Both the position numbers and the translations under genes were made by a program. This document shows positions 41,218 to 52,345 of a DNA stretch of 64,000 nt, in pieces. Source of the DNA: Ministeria vibrans ATCC 50519. Lineage: Eukaryota; Protista; Filasterea. The notes beneath the pieces are model-generated. The model searched no databases and was not told where the DNA came from. It saw only the letters and a program-made list of their open reading frames with translations. How positions within the stretch are numbered: the stretch's first letter is position 1; the number at the start of each line of letters is the position of its first letter. The DNA lies in assembly GCA_943704425.1 (NCBI GenBank), contig CALSCP010000556.1, positions 31,517 through 95,516 on the forward strand, given 5' to 3'.

Positions 41218-41929
41218 TCACCACGCCAAGACTTTCCGGACGGTCGCGACATACTCGGCGTCGGGCGTGGGCTTGCGCTTGTCCGACGTAAAGAAGGTGG
41301 CGAAGACGGGAAGGGCACGGAGCGCAGCGTGCGCGCGTGTGACGTTGGGATACTCGGCCGCAGTCACACCAGGAAGGAGCTCGTTGACAATCTCTACCGT
41401 CTCCAGGACCTTCACATCGGCCAGCGACAGACGCCCGCCCACCAGGTAGGTCTTATCAGCGCCATACTGTCGCTCCAGCGAACCAAAGTAGCGCGGCAGC
41501 TTCGATTGAATCGTCTCGAGCCCTTTGGCCTTCGCGTCGTCGCTCTGGAAGGGATATCCCACCAGAAGTGACCAGAAGTCTTTGACTCCCTCGTAGATCA
41601 TGTCGATGCTAGACGCGTCGGCGTTGCTGCTGCCGTACAGGTCCCCCTTGCGTGCCAGGTAGCGCGCAATGGCGCCGCTCTGGACGAGCCTCAGACCGTC
41701 AATTTCAAGGAATGGCACCTGAGCGAAAACGTTTGTTTTGCGATCAATTTCCCAAATATATTATATTTCGGACTGGTTGCTGCACTGCTCCGCGCACGTC
41801 GCTCACCTGCTCCCACATTAGCATTGAAGGGTCCGCTCGCAGTGCGTCCATGTGCTCCTTTTCCGTCAGAAAGCGCTCTTCGTAGTCATTGCTGGCAACA
41901 ACAGCCAGCAAGTATCGCGCAATGTCAGC
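41218..41929 (-). CDS. Glutathione S-transferase (alpha/sigma-like); 5' end lost in N-gap 41930-42169
   Basis: IARYLLAVV..YEERF..WEQ|VPFLEIDGLRLVQSGAIARYLARK, IDMIYEG, YLVGGRLSLADV. Confidence 0.9.
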
Positions 41930-42169
41930 NNNNNNNNNNNNNNNNNNNNNNNNNNNNNNNNNNNNNNNNNNNNNNNNNNNNNNNNNNNNNNNNNNNNNNN
42001 NNNNNNNNNNNNNNNNNNNNNNNNNNNNNNNNNNNNNNNNNNNNNNNNNNNNNNNNNNNNNNNNNNNNNNNNNNNNNNNNNNNNNNNNNNNNNNNNNNNN
42101 NNNNNNNNNNNNNNNNNNNNNNNNNNNNNNNNNNNNNNNNNNNNNNNNNNNNNNNNNNNNNNNNNNNNN

Positions 42170-43252
42170 ATCCTATGTGGCGCTACGAGTGCCGACCAAG
42201 CTGAAATGTGAATGAAAAAAAAAACAAAAAAAAGTCGTTATCTCACGGAACTCTCACGCGCTCCTCACGCCACGCCGAGCATGAGTGTCGACGGGAACAT
42301 TGTCATGGCACCGTCTAGCAATGGTTCGGTTACGGTCCACGGCGATATCTACGCGGATGGCGCGCTGTACGCCGACAGACAGAGCGAGAGTGGCGACGGA
42401 AGCGGAGGTGGACCGACGAATCAGCGACGAGTGCAATTGTGCCGCGGGGAAGCTGGTCGTGGGCGACCTCACTATCCATTCTCAAGCAGCGCTCGATGCG
42501 ATGAAGGGGTTTCAAAATGTTGTGGTTGCGGGTCATCTTAACATCATGGACAACACAGCGCTGACTAACCTCACCGGCCTCGACACTGTCACGTCCGTCG
42601 GCGGATTCCTCTTCGTTGGCAACGACGCAGCGCTGACCAACCTCAACGGCCTCGGCAGCCTCATGTTCATCGGCGCATACCTCAAGGTCGAAGACAACGC
42701 CGCGATGACCACCCTCAATGGCCTTGGCAACCTCACGTCGGTCGGCACATACATCTCCATCACCAACAACGCCGTGTTGACCGACTTCACCGGCCTCGAC
42801 AGACTCACGTCCGTCGGCACATACATCTCCATCCAGAGCAACGCCGCACTGACCAACCTCACCGNNNNNNNNACGCCGCACTGACCAACCTCACCGGCCT
42901 CGACAGCCTCACGTCTATCGGCGAACACTTCTCCATCATCAGCAACCCCGCACTGACCAACCTCAACGCCCTCGACAGCGTCACGTCCATCGGCGGATCC
43001 GTCACCATCTCCAACAACGCCGCACTGACCGACCTCAGCGGCCTCGGCAGCGTCACGTCCATCGGCGGATCCGTCACCATCTCCAACAACGGCGCACTGA
43101 CCGACCTCAGCGGCCTCGACAGTGTCACGTCCATCGGCTCATACCTCCGCCTTGACCAGCCGCAGGCTCACATCTGCGTGTCCACTCTGAACCGCCTCAA
43201 GGGACTGGCCTCCTCCTTACAGACAATCAATGTCATTGAAGACTCGTGTTAG
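42170..43252 (+). CDS. Probable secreted receptor-L-domain-like repeat protein (25-aa units); apparent frameshift near 42375-42382; 5' end in gap
   Basis: About 8 x 75-bp units NxALTNLxGLxxLTSVGxxLxI; GDLTIHSQAALD cap; TAG at 43250-43252. The upstream coding segment is in a different frame. Confidence 0.7.
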
Positions 43253-43547
43253 TTTAGAAGGAGTGAATTGAAAAGAGTAAACATTTTAGTAGTGAAGATC
43301 TGGTATCACCGCGTTTTTCTCACCAATATCATCTGGGGCCTGGCCATTGGGCAATGTTATACGGGTCCCTATGCTTTGTATAATGACGCCCTCAAAATTA
43401 ATAATAATTAGAAGAAGAATACAACCCATTTATTCATGATACAGTCACCAGATCTACAACATAAGCACAAGTGCAATCGCTAATTAGAACTATTTCCAAA
43501 TAAAATGTATCAAATCTCAAATCTATCAATATTATAAAACTTTTTCA

Positions 43548-44361
43548 ATGCTGCGCCTCACCAGCACTCGCAGCGTTTCTCGCCCCCTGATCGACCTGTG
43601 CAGGGTTCCATCGACTCACCGTGCAAACCACAGTCGTAAGCGTGCCGTGTGGATCTCTCAGTGTCTCACTTTGCGTTTTGTGACTAGCAGACTCTTCCAC
43701 ACACGAACATTTGGACCAGGACGTCTCCGACGACGACTCTGCCCTCCCCAACGTTCGTCTGACGACTCGCGATTGTGCTCATGCGCACGAAATTGTCGAA
43801 GAGCTTGGTGTAGTGGTTGGGACGAGTGCGCGCAGTCGCAGCATATTCCACGACATTTGGGGGCGACTCAAGGGCGTCTGGGGCGGCGAACTCCTCATGT
43901 ACAGGGATCTCTTTCAGGTACACAGGCACTGCAATGACTACGGCATGGAGGTGGCTCTCCAGAACACACATATATATACCACACACACACACACACACAC
44001 ACATATGTACATACACACACATATATGTACGTATACATACAGACACACTCACACTCACTCACTCACAGATACTCACTCACTCACAGACACTCACATACTC
44101 ACGCACTTACACACTCACACACAGGCGACAACGGCAGAAGCGACAAAGAACGCAATGGAAGACGCACACCGTCTCGGTGCAACCGATATTGTGCGTGTCC
44201 GCTACGAAGTAACTACCTTCTTCTTTCATCACATAAAGGCACACACTCAATTCCTCTCTTCCTTCCACTCCCAGGTCTCGTCGAATGAGGAAAAGATCAT
44301 TGGAGTGTCGTGTTTTGTACTTTGTGTTGGTACTGCAGTCCGCACAACCCCAAAAAAGTAA
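43548..44361 (+). CDS. YbjQ/UPF0145-like protein with a possible mitochondrial presequence, 4 exons
   Basis: LTT..EIVEELGVVVGTSARSRSIFHDIWGRLKGVWGGEL..Y, AMEDAHRLGATDIVRVRYE, GTAV; Arg/Ser-rich N-terminus MLRLTSTRS. Confidence 0.85.
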
Positions 44362-44536
44362 CTAAAACCAATACAATCATTTCTAAAATATGTAACTGTA
44401 CACACTATCAATGAATCTAAACTTTCACTTTTCTCGCTGCACTCTACAAAACACGCACAAAATTCACTCTCTTGTCTCTCCATTCATCTTCACAAGTTGT
44501 GTGGCGTTGCACGATCCCGGTTCCCCACAAAATTCT

Positions 44537-47500
44537 CTACTTCTTCGATTCGTCTTCATCCTCATCAGTTGTCCTCGACTTCTTCTTCTTCGCCGCACTC
44601 TCTTCGCTAGCGTTGGTTTCGGCTTGTCGCTTATTCCTCTTTTCATTGTGCAGCTCACTCCTTGCGCGATTCATCTCCGGAGATGGCTCGTCACTCACGA
44701 CCACAGTGTCTGCGGACAGAACAGACTGCTTGCTCAGCCGAGACACATTCTCTGCATGTCCCTCAGAGATCGTCGTGCGCGACAGATCCCACAATTCCTT
44801 TGCCACGGGGTAGAGCGCTTCTTTGGTGGCAGAAGCAGGAGTCCCCCTTTTCATTAGCAGTCGGACACTTTGGTGCATGTGCGCGCCGGGAAAATCCCCG
44901 TACTCAGGCTTGCCGTTCCAGTCCTTCGGGTTAGGCACACGCTTCTTCTCCTTCATAAACTTCGTCAACAGTTGAAGTGTGACACTCCACGATGTCTTCT
45001 CCTTGCTGCCCGTTCGCTCACGACTCGATTGCCCCGTCAGAGATGCGCTGCCAACGGGCTGTGCTTCCACGCCGCATCCAATTCCATCGCGAGCAACCGG
45101 AGCAGACGCGCGTCGCACATCCATGTCCTTGCTCGCAAGCTCGCCTGGAACAGTAGCGTCCAACTGCATCGACAAATGACGAACCGGTTGCCCAACCGAA
45201 GGGAGCCCCACGCGCGTTTCCTTCCCAATCTCAGTTTCTCCACCCGCGCCGGATTCTTCGCCCTCATCAGCGCTCGCACTGCGCGATCGCTTTCGGCTGT
45301 TTGCGTCCATGTCAACAGTCTCCTCTCGCGAGACGCTACCACTTGCACTGCGACCTCGGCAACCTTGCGACACCAGAAGAAACCCCGCTCTGTCGTGGTT
45401 CTTGAGGCACCACAGGTCCACTTGCACATCTTGCCGCGACGTGTTGAAACAATTCTGTCCGAGCATAAAGTTGGTTAAAATTAGTGTGCAGCGCTCACCA
45501 GTTTGCACAGGGAGAAGAAGTCCCTGTTGCATCAATTTCCGATGATCCGTTTTTTCAGGGGAGATCATGGTCAGCACGGATTTCTGAGAAAACGCTGCGT
45601 CGATATTGATGCCCCTGTGCTTCGGGCACACCTCCACATGCTCTTTCCACAGCTCCATCTCGGCCTCGTCCAATGTCAGACTTTCCAGCTCCATGTCCTC
45701 CTTGCCCATTGACTCCACACGCATCTTCTCCCCCTCACGCTGTGCACGGTCAAGCGGCACTTTCACACAGTCGCAGCATCTTTCCTTGTAATAGTGCTCC
45801 GCTTGCACGCGTGTGTGTGTCTTGAACTGCTCAAACATGTTGTAGCGCACGACCCGAAGACCAGCGCTCACCAAGTCGGATGCAAAATAGAAATCCTCGG
45901 CCACCGGCACAGGCTCAAACCACACCCCCTTGCGACACGACTCCTTCACATTCACCAGCAACGTACACTGTACCGGCGCTGCGTCAAACGGCGTGCGGGA
46001 ATACTGAATGGGTCGAAACCGCTGCACACCAAGCAGACCAAACTCGGAGAATTCACCACTGAACTGGGTCACGCTGGTGAGACCGCTTAGACTCGTCGAG
46101 CCAGGCATATCCAATCGCCATCGTTTGTCGGCTGCCCACTGAACATCATCAGAGACCTGTCGCTCCAGCTGCAACAACACGCGACCGGCTGAGACACATC
46201 GGAGTTCAGACTTGCCCCCGCTGTCTTCTTCGGATGGCGTATCATCAGTCGAGTGTCGATCGTAGTAACGCAAAATGTTATCGTCCATCATGACCACGGT
46301 GTCCATTCCAACGCTGTGAGCCAATCGCTGCACAAAAAGTCGCGCAAATCCCGCCTTCCCATTATCGCACGTCACTACCTCGCCTTTGAACGCTCCACCA
46401 GGCGCACGCATACTGTCGGGCAGCTGAACAATGGCAAGCCTTGCTCCCCAAACGAGACGAAACTCCTCAAAATGCTCCTTGCGACAGACCACCACTTGGC
46501 GCACCGCTACACCGACACGCTTCCCGTCCACATTCAATCGCAAGGCGTCTTCCATGTCCAGGCGCGCCTTGATGGGCCGGATCGACGGCACAAAGATCCA
46601 CGAACGCAGCCATAATTGGCCGTTGTTGCTGCGGCACCACCGTTCATAGACATGCTGTAAGGTGGCATAGGCCGTCGACTGGTCAATGGACTCAAGCCAA
46701 TCTCGTGGAAGAGACAAATGAAGTGCTACTTGCTCCCCACCACAGCAATCAAGAGGTGGTAACTGACCGGACAGTATCACGGAGAAATCGGCAACCCCAA
46801 CCGTGTTGGAGCTCAATGTGGCAACCTTTAGGTCAAACTCCGAGCGACTGCACGATGCCCCGTTGGCAGTCAATGGTTGAAACAAGGAGGGGTGGAGTGG
46901 CGGTGGTTCTGCAACATGCCAGTCCTTGATGGGCTCGTTGGCAAGCATTTGCACGATTCGTTTTTGATCTTCCCTTCTCGCAGCAGTACCTTCAATACGA
47001 ATTTCGCCGTATTTGCGCGCGTACATGCCATTCCTGAGGGGCCCTCTAAACTTCTCAGTGCACAGTGGAATGTTGACCTCGCGCTGCTCGGGATGCTGCC
47101 ACTCTTGCTCCACATCCTTGTGTCGGTCAACAGTCACAGGCAGCGGCTCGACGTCCGGCGATGGTTCCACTGCACGCTTTATCTTGTACAACAGCGCGAG
47201 GTACGTCCCAGTCTTGCCAATTTGCGGCGCTGCAGTCAGCACCCACCGATTCGTCGAAAAGTTGCCCACAGTGTTGTCAAAATCGTAGCTCTTCTTCTGC
47301 TGCTCCGCCTTCGGAGTAAAGTCCAGCCACTTTTTCGAGTCTTGGCCACACTGCGGCGGTCGATTGCTCATCTTCCTGAGGTACTCGTCGGGACGACCCG
47401 ACAGAATATCTTCCAGCGACACCTGTCCCATCTTGAAGCCTTTCTCAATGGTCTTGCGGAACCCACGACTGATCAACGCGTACGGCAACTCGGGTAGCTG

Positions 47501-50500
47501 TGTTGAAGAGAGACTCGCGTAGCGACACAGTCGGCCAAGCTCCTGCGTGACAGTCGAGAGAGAAAATTGGCTAATCGTCTCCTTCTGCAAGCGCAAGTCC
47601 ATGCAAAATAGCGAATGAGGGAACGTATCACCCATGCGCCCCTTCTGGTTGAGCACGAGAAGGCACGGCAGGTCACGAAGATCCTCGTAAAGACGAGGAA
47701 TGCAATTTGTGTTCGTGTCGGTGGTGGAAGGTGTCGTTGGTGTCGTTGGTGCCGTTGGTGTTGTTGGTGTGATTAAAGTGTGGTGCACTGGCATCGATTG
47801 CTGAGCGTTGGACGACGCATTGAAAAGGTTAATCTGCTTGTGCCAGTTGCTGAATGTGGTGCACAGCGACATCGTGCCAAAGTCGGCCAAAGGGAGAATC
47901 TTGAGGTTCCGCGTGGTGAGAGCGCGACGTACAGCGTTGTAAAACTTGATATCGTCGCCTTGGCTGCCGTTGATCCGCACAAGTGCCATCTTGCCGTCAC
48001 CTTGTGTTTTACTCGACTGCGCCAAAGTGGCAACGATGGTCTCCGTCTCGAGCTGGGACTTTTCCGTCGCAGCCTTACGGATGTCTTCGGGGAGCAATGC
48101 GAGGAGCATGGTGACAAGGTTCTCTTCCTTGGCCGACACTTTGCCGGTGTGGTGTAAGTAGCGCTTGGCTCGCAACACATGCGAAAAAAAGCGCACCACC
48201 AGAATGGAGAACTTGCTTGCGTTTTGCACATCCTTTGTGTCTGCTTTGTTGTGAAACTCAAACGTTTGAGTCGCAGTCTTGTCGAGCATGTATTCTGTAA
48301 CATCTCCGTCGCACAAGGCAATTCTGTGGTTGTTTTTTCGGTGCACGTACGCTGCATTGAGGCCGCTTTGAGTTGTGTCGAAGAGGCGACCAACACTCGG
48401 GAGCCGGAAGAAGTCGGAGACTGAATACGATGGTGCTGACGGCTGAGATTGGAAATGTCGCGCGTACAGAATCGCCGCCATGCTGGACACAATGTCGCGG
48501 AATTGCTCCAAAACAACATGGCGCATCGCGTCAATGTGGTTCTCCAACCCCAGCTGATCGGCCAAGTTGTCAGGGAAGACGCTCATGGTGCGAGTGTGCA
48601 GCTCGTCGCCGTCGCAGGAAAAGTCGTCGTGGAGCAATATGGCCGCGCAGTAGTCGTACAAGAGAAAGTCGTACTTTGACGCCGATATCTTGCTCGGTGG
48701 ACCGCTTACAAAGTTGTAGAGGTAGTCGTCCTCGCGCAGACGAGCGTCCTGCTCGTTGATGTAGTGCATGGACGCAATGTAATGGTTGACCGAAACGTAC
48801 TGCGGCTGCGAGGATTCAAGCTGCAGAAGGAACTGCGAGTTGTGTTCGCAGGAAGCTGCCGCATTACTGGGACCCGCGCAGCAGGCGCTGTCGTCAGACG
48901 GTGGCCGAAGACGCTTTTGTCCACCATTGTCACTGTCACCATCAAGCTCGAAGCTGACAAAGCCAAATCCGCGCGGGAAGGTCATGGCAAACGAGCGCGC
49001 CATTTCTCGATCAGGGTTCAGCAAACCCGTTTCGTCGCACACGTACAGCGTAGAGGTGTTGTTGACGATGAGCTTCAACAACACAGGATCGGGAAGGGAC
49101 TCGGAACGCTTCGACCGCGTGTCTTTCTCCACGTGAAATCGGTTGTGTGCTCCGCCACGCACGAGCTGGGTCAAGTTTCTACGAAACGCACTCTGTTTTT
49201 TGAGCAAAAGGGTGAACGGCATAACCATGTTGTCTTACGAATCGCTTGCGCCAAGGAACACGTCGCCATCGGTGTACTTGTCGACAAGGCGGAGGTGAAA
49301 AGGCGTTGACGTCTTGATGAGGTGCTGCTTCTGAGCCTCGGTCCAGTCAATGACGTGAAAGTCGGGCACGCGACTCTTTTGCGAGAGGACGTTGTAGGGT
49401 GTGGCCGACACGAGCAGCATTTTCACATTGTCCTTGTTGACAAGCTGATTGTCGTTGAGAATAGCCTGGTGGGCACCCGTCGACGTGATTGCATAGTGGC
49501 ACTGGAGATACAGCAAGAATCACAAAAATAATAATAATGAGACAAAATCCCAAGGATGAGTTGCATGCATTCTCTCACCTCGTCTGCGACGATGACAACA
49601 AGGTTTCGCTCGTTTTTTGCGCTTTGGCGGAGCTGCTCGTGCTTTTGGCGAAACTTGCAGCTGTCGACGTACATAAACACCAGCTTTTCCGCGCTGTCGC
49701 CGTCGCCAATGAGGTCGAGCATGTCGTCCTCAAGGCGCGCCTGTGTCTGGTCACGCAGCTGATTGAATGCGGGTGTGAGAATGACAAACTCAAAGGTGTC
49801 AAAGCGCTCCAGTGAGTTTGACTTGAACAGGTTGTCGAAGATGATGTCGGCAAGGGAGCGTTGCGTTTCATAAAAGGGGAGGCGAGGAGGAGGGGGTGGT
49901 GGTGCGCAGAGAGAGACGCTGCCGTCCTTGAACATGGGCGGAACGGTTCTCAGCAGATCTTCGTTGACCTTTTCGGCAGTCTCGTGGATGGCCTGCTCGT
50001 CTTCCTCGAGCACCGTCACACAATGCAACGAGAGGATCAGCGCAAGGACGCTGCACTCGTTGCCGTTGTCGTCGTCTGCGACCTTGTCGTCGACCACTTG
50101 GTCCTCATTCTTTTTGACAAACTCCACGAGGCGGCGGTATGGCCTTGTGTGAAGCAGCGTCGAAGGCGAGGCAGAGAAGCTGGAGCTAGAGCGGATTTGT
50201 TTGATGACTCGCTCCTGCAGCGACGCACGGAATTGCTGAGCGATTTCAGCAACATTGGAATCGACACACGCGAGTGGCGCGCTGGTGGAAGAAGAAGTGG
50301 GATCACCTGGCGGAGCAAGCACAGTCATGTGGAGTGCTGGGGTGTCAGCGTGGCGCGCGTCTGCGGATGAAAGAGCAAATTCCCGCTCGCACAAAATCGC
50401 AATGTTGAGCTCGAGCTGCTCAAGATCGACGCTCGCCGCGACAGAGAATCCCGGTGCCGACGATAGGTCGTAATCGTATATGTGTTCTGGAATGGTCGCA

Positions 50501-50863
50501 TCGGGATCGATTTGCACCAAAAATTTGGCATCTGAAAAAACATATGAAAATGAAATGAATGAATAATGAAATATAATAATTATAATAATTACAATGATTA
50601 TGATCGAGTCAATATCATTTGAAACTTGGCTCGAAACTTCGCTCACCTTTCACTTTCAAGGCTTCATCCTTAGCAACCCCGCCTTGCCGCTGCTGCTGCT
50701 CGACCTTGTGGTCCAGAGGAACCGATTGAGCGTGGCTTGAGCCGCTCACTACACAACAAATGAAATCAAAATGAAATCAAAATTAATATCATTATAAAAA
50801 ACCTTAAAACCCCGAAAGCCCACTAAGTAAACCCACCTCACACCCATATTGCACACCTGCCAT
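44537..50863 (-). CDS. GREB1-like protein: circularly permuted SF2 helicase + TAGT (base-J glucosyltransferase-like) glycosyltransferase; 5' exons uncertain
   Basis: VILTPAFNQLRDQT (Ia), VIVADE|CH (II), LVSATP (III), KGRMGDTFPHSLFCMDLR (V), QELGRLCRY (VI), then LTAAPQIGKTGTY (I). GT part: WIFVPS, GFARLFVQRLA, VVMMDDN, AEDFYF..SAGLRVVRYN. A ~60-nt intron (~49238-49179) removes the in-frame TAA. Confidence 0.82.
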
Positions 50864-51528
50864 TCAGCACCGCATTACCCTGCGGCCAACGGCAGATCCC
50901 AAACCGGTTGTTGAAAAATTGCGAAGTTGATAAAAAAAAGTTGATCAGAAGTTGATCATTCACGAAAACACAGATTACACGCACACCAGCCCCCGCCGGG
51001 CCCCCAAACGTGAACACACACAACCCTGGACAGCATTGTGTATGGAATCCGCAAATTCGCCCGCTAGATAAGACTCGCGGGTTTTTTTGGTTCTCTCACA
51101 AACTTTTTTCAAAACTCCCACGGACGATAAACGGACGATACAGTGACGCACACGCATCGCCGACTCTCGCAAACAGACACATATAACCCATGGGTGCCAA
51201 TGTTGCTTACTTTGAGTGTTGAGAAGCGGACGGTTTTGTCAGGGAGGCGAGAAAGAGTAATTATTATTATTATTAGTATTATATCTGAATTGGAAGTAAC
51301 TGAGTGAGTGAGATTGGCATTTCGAAGCGACAAAGAGAAGCAATGAAAGACGCGCATGGCGCACCGCCTCGTGATTCTTCTCTAGCTGAGCAGTGAGCAC
51401 CAGTAAGCACTCTTCCTTTTACACCCCGAGGTATCTCAGTATGAGAAAAAGATCATCGGCGTAACGAACACAATACAATCAATTCACTGAATGTAAAGCA
51501 AGTTCTTCTTCTTCGTCTTCCTCTTCAC

Positions 51529-52345
51529 GAAGAGCCGAACAAGAGGAGACGCACTAAAAAGTGACAATTTATCTCAAATACACGCACTATTTATGAAAAT
51601 TGCTAATAGTACGTATTCGATTAGGTGTTTTAGTATAATGTTGTTGTGTCAGCAGAACAATACTACTGCAATACTAAATATATTGGTCAATTGGTGTGAT
51701 AAGTAATAAGTGATTACTGTCAACAGTTAAAGTTTGAGGTTTGATAAGAGCTCCTTCTTTCAGAGTGTGTGATCTGTAAAATTGAAAAGATAAATTTCAG
51801 ATCACTTTAATTCATTCATCATATCACTATAAATACATCAACGCCTTACGCACAGCGACACAGCGCACTGATGAACGGGCAGAGATCTAAGGCGCACGCG
51901 TGTGACGAGAAAACGAAAAAGCAAGAAAAAGAGTCTCTGGAAGATTCGCTTGCACTTGCATCAAAACGGGCCGAGGACGGGCAAACGGAAACCGATGTGG
52001 TCGTTGATATGACACGTACCGTTCAAAAAGCGAATCGTTGGTTTCTTTTTCTCATCTTTTCACAAAAATATAATCTTTGTCGTTTAGAATTATCAATATT
52101 CGAATCGGTTGTTGCGACGTTGTACAGCGATACAGCGACAGTTGCGGAAAGGGAAGTGGCTGTGAGTACATTGGAGAACCACGCCGGGCAGGATGATCAC
52201 AAGAGAGTGGCGATTGTACACTCTGGCGCAATTCAGCCGATTGTTGCGCTTCTTCTCGTTGGAACAGACAGCGCCAAAGAGAAGGCGGCGGGTGCGCTGA
52301 GAAGCCTGGCCCGTAATAACGACAACCAAGTGGCCATTGCACGCG
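51529..52345 (+). repeat. Segmental duplication, copy A (paralogous to 61118 onward; continues into the ARM arrays)
   Basis: 36 identical nt GAAGAGCCGAAC..AAAAAGTGA (51529-51564 = 61118-61153), then colinear, highly similar spacer and ARM-gene 5' region. Confidence 0.92.

Noticed and set aside
49179-49238. In-frame TAA between the helicase ORFs, suggesting readthrough or an alternative genetic code
   Set aside because: It lies in a ~60-nt GTAAGA..TTTCGTAG intron that preserves frame; TAA is an ordinary stop in other genes here.
50975-51172. GEFADSIHNAVQG as a match to the animal GREB1 N-terminus
   Set aside because: Short, weak similarity and no convincing splice path to the downstream exons.
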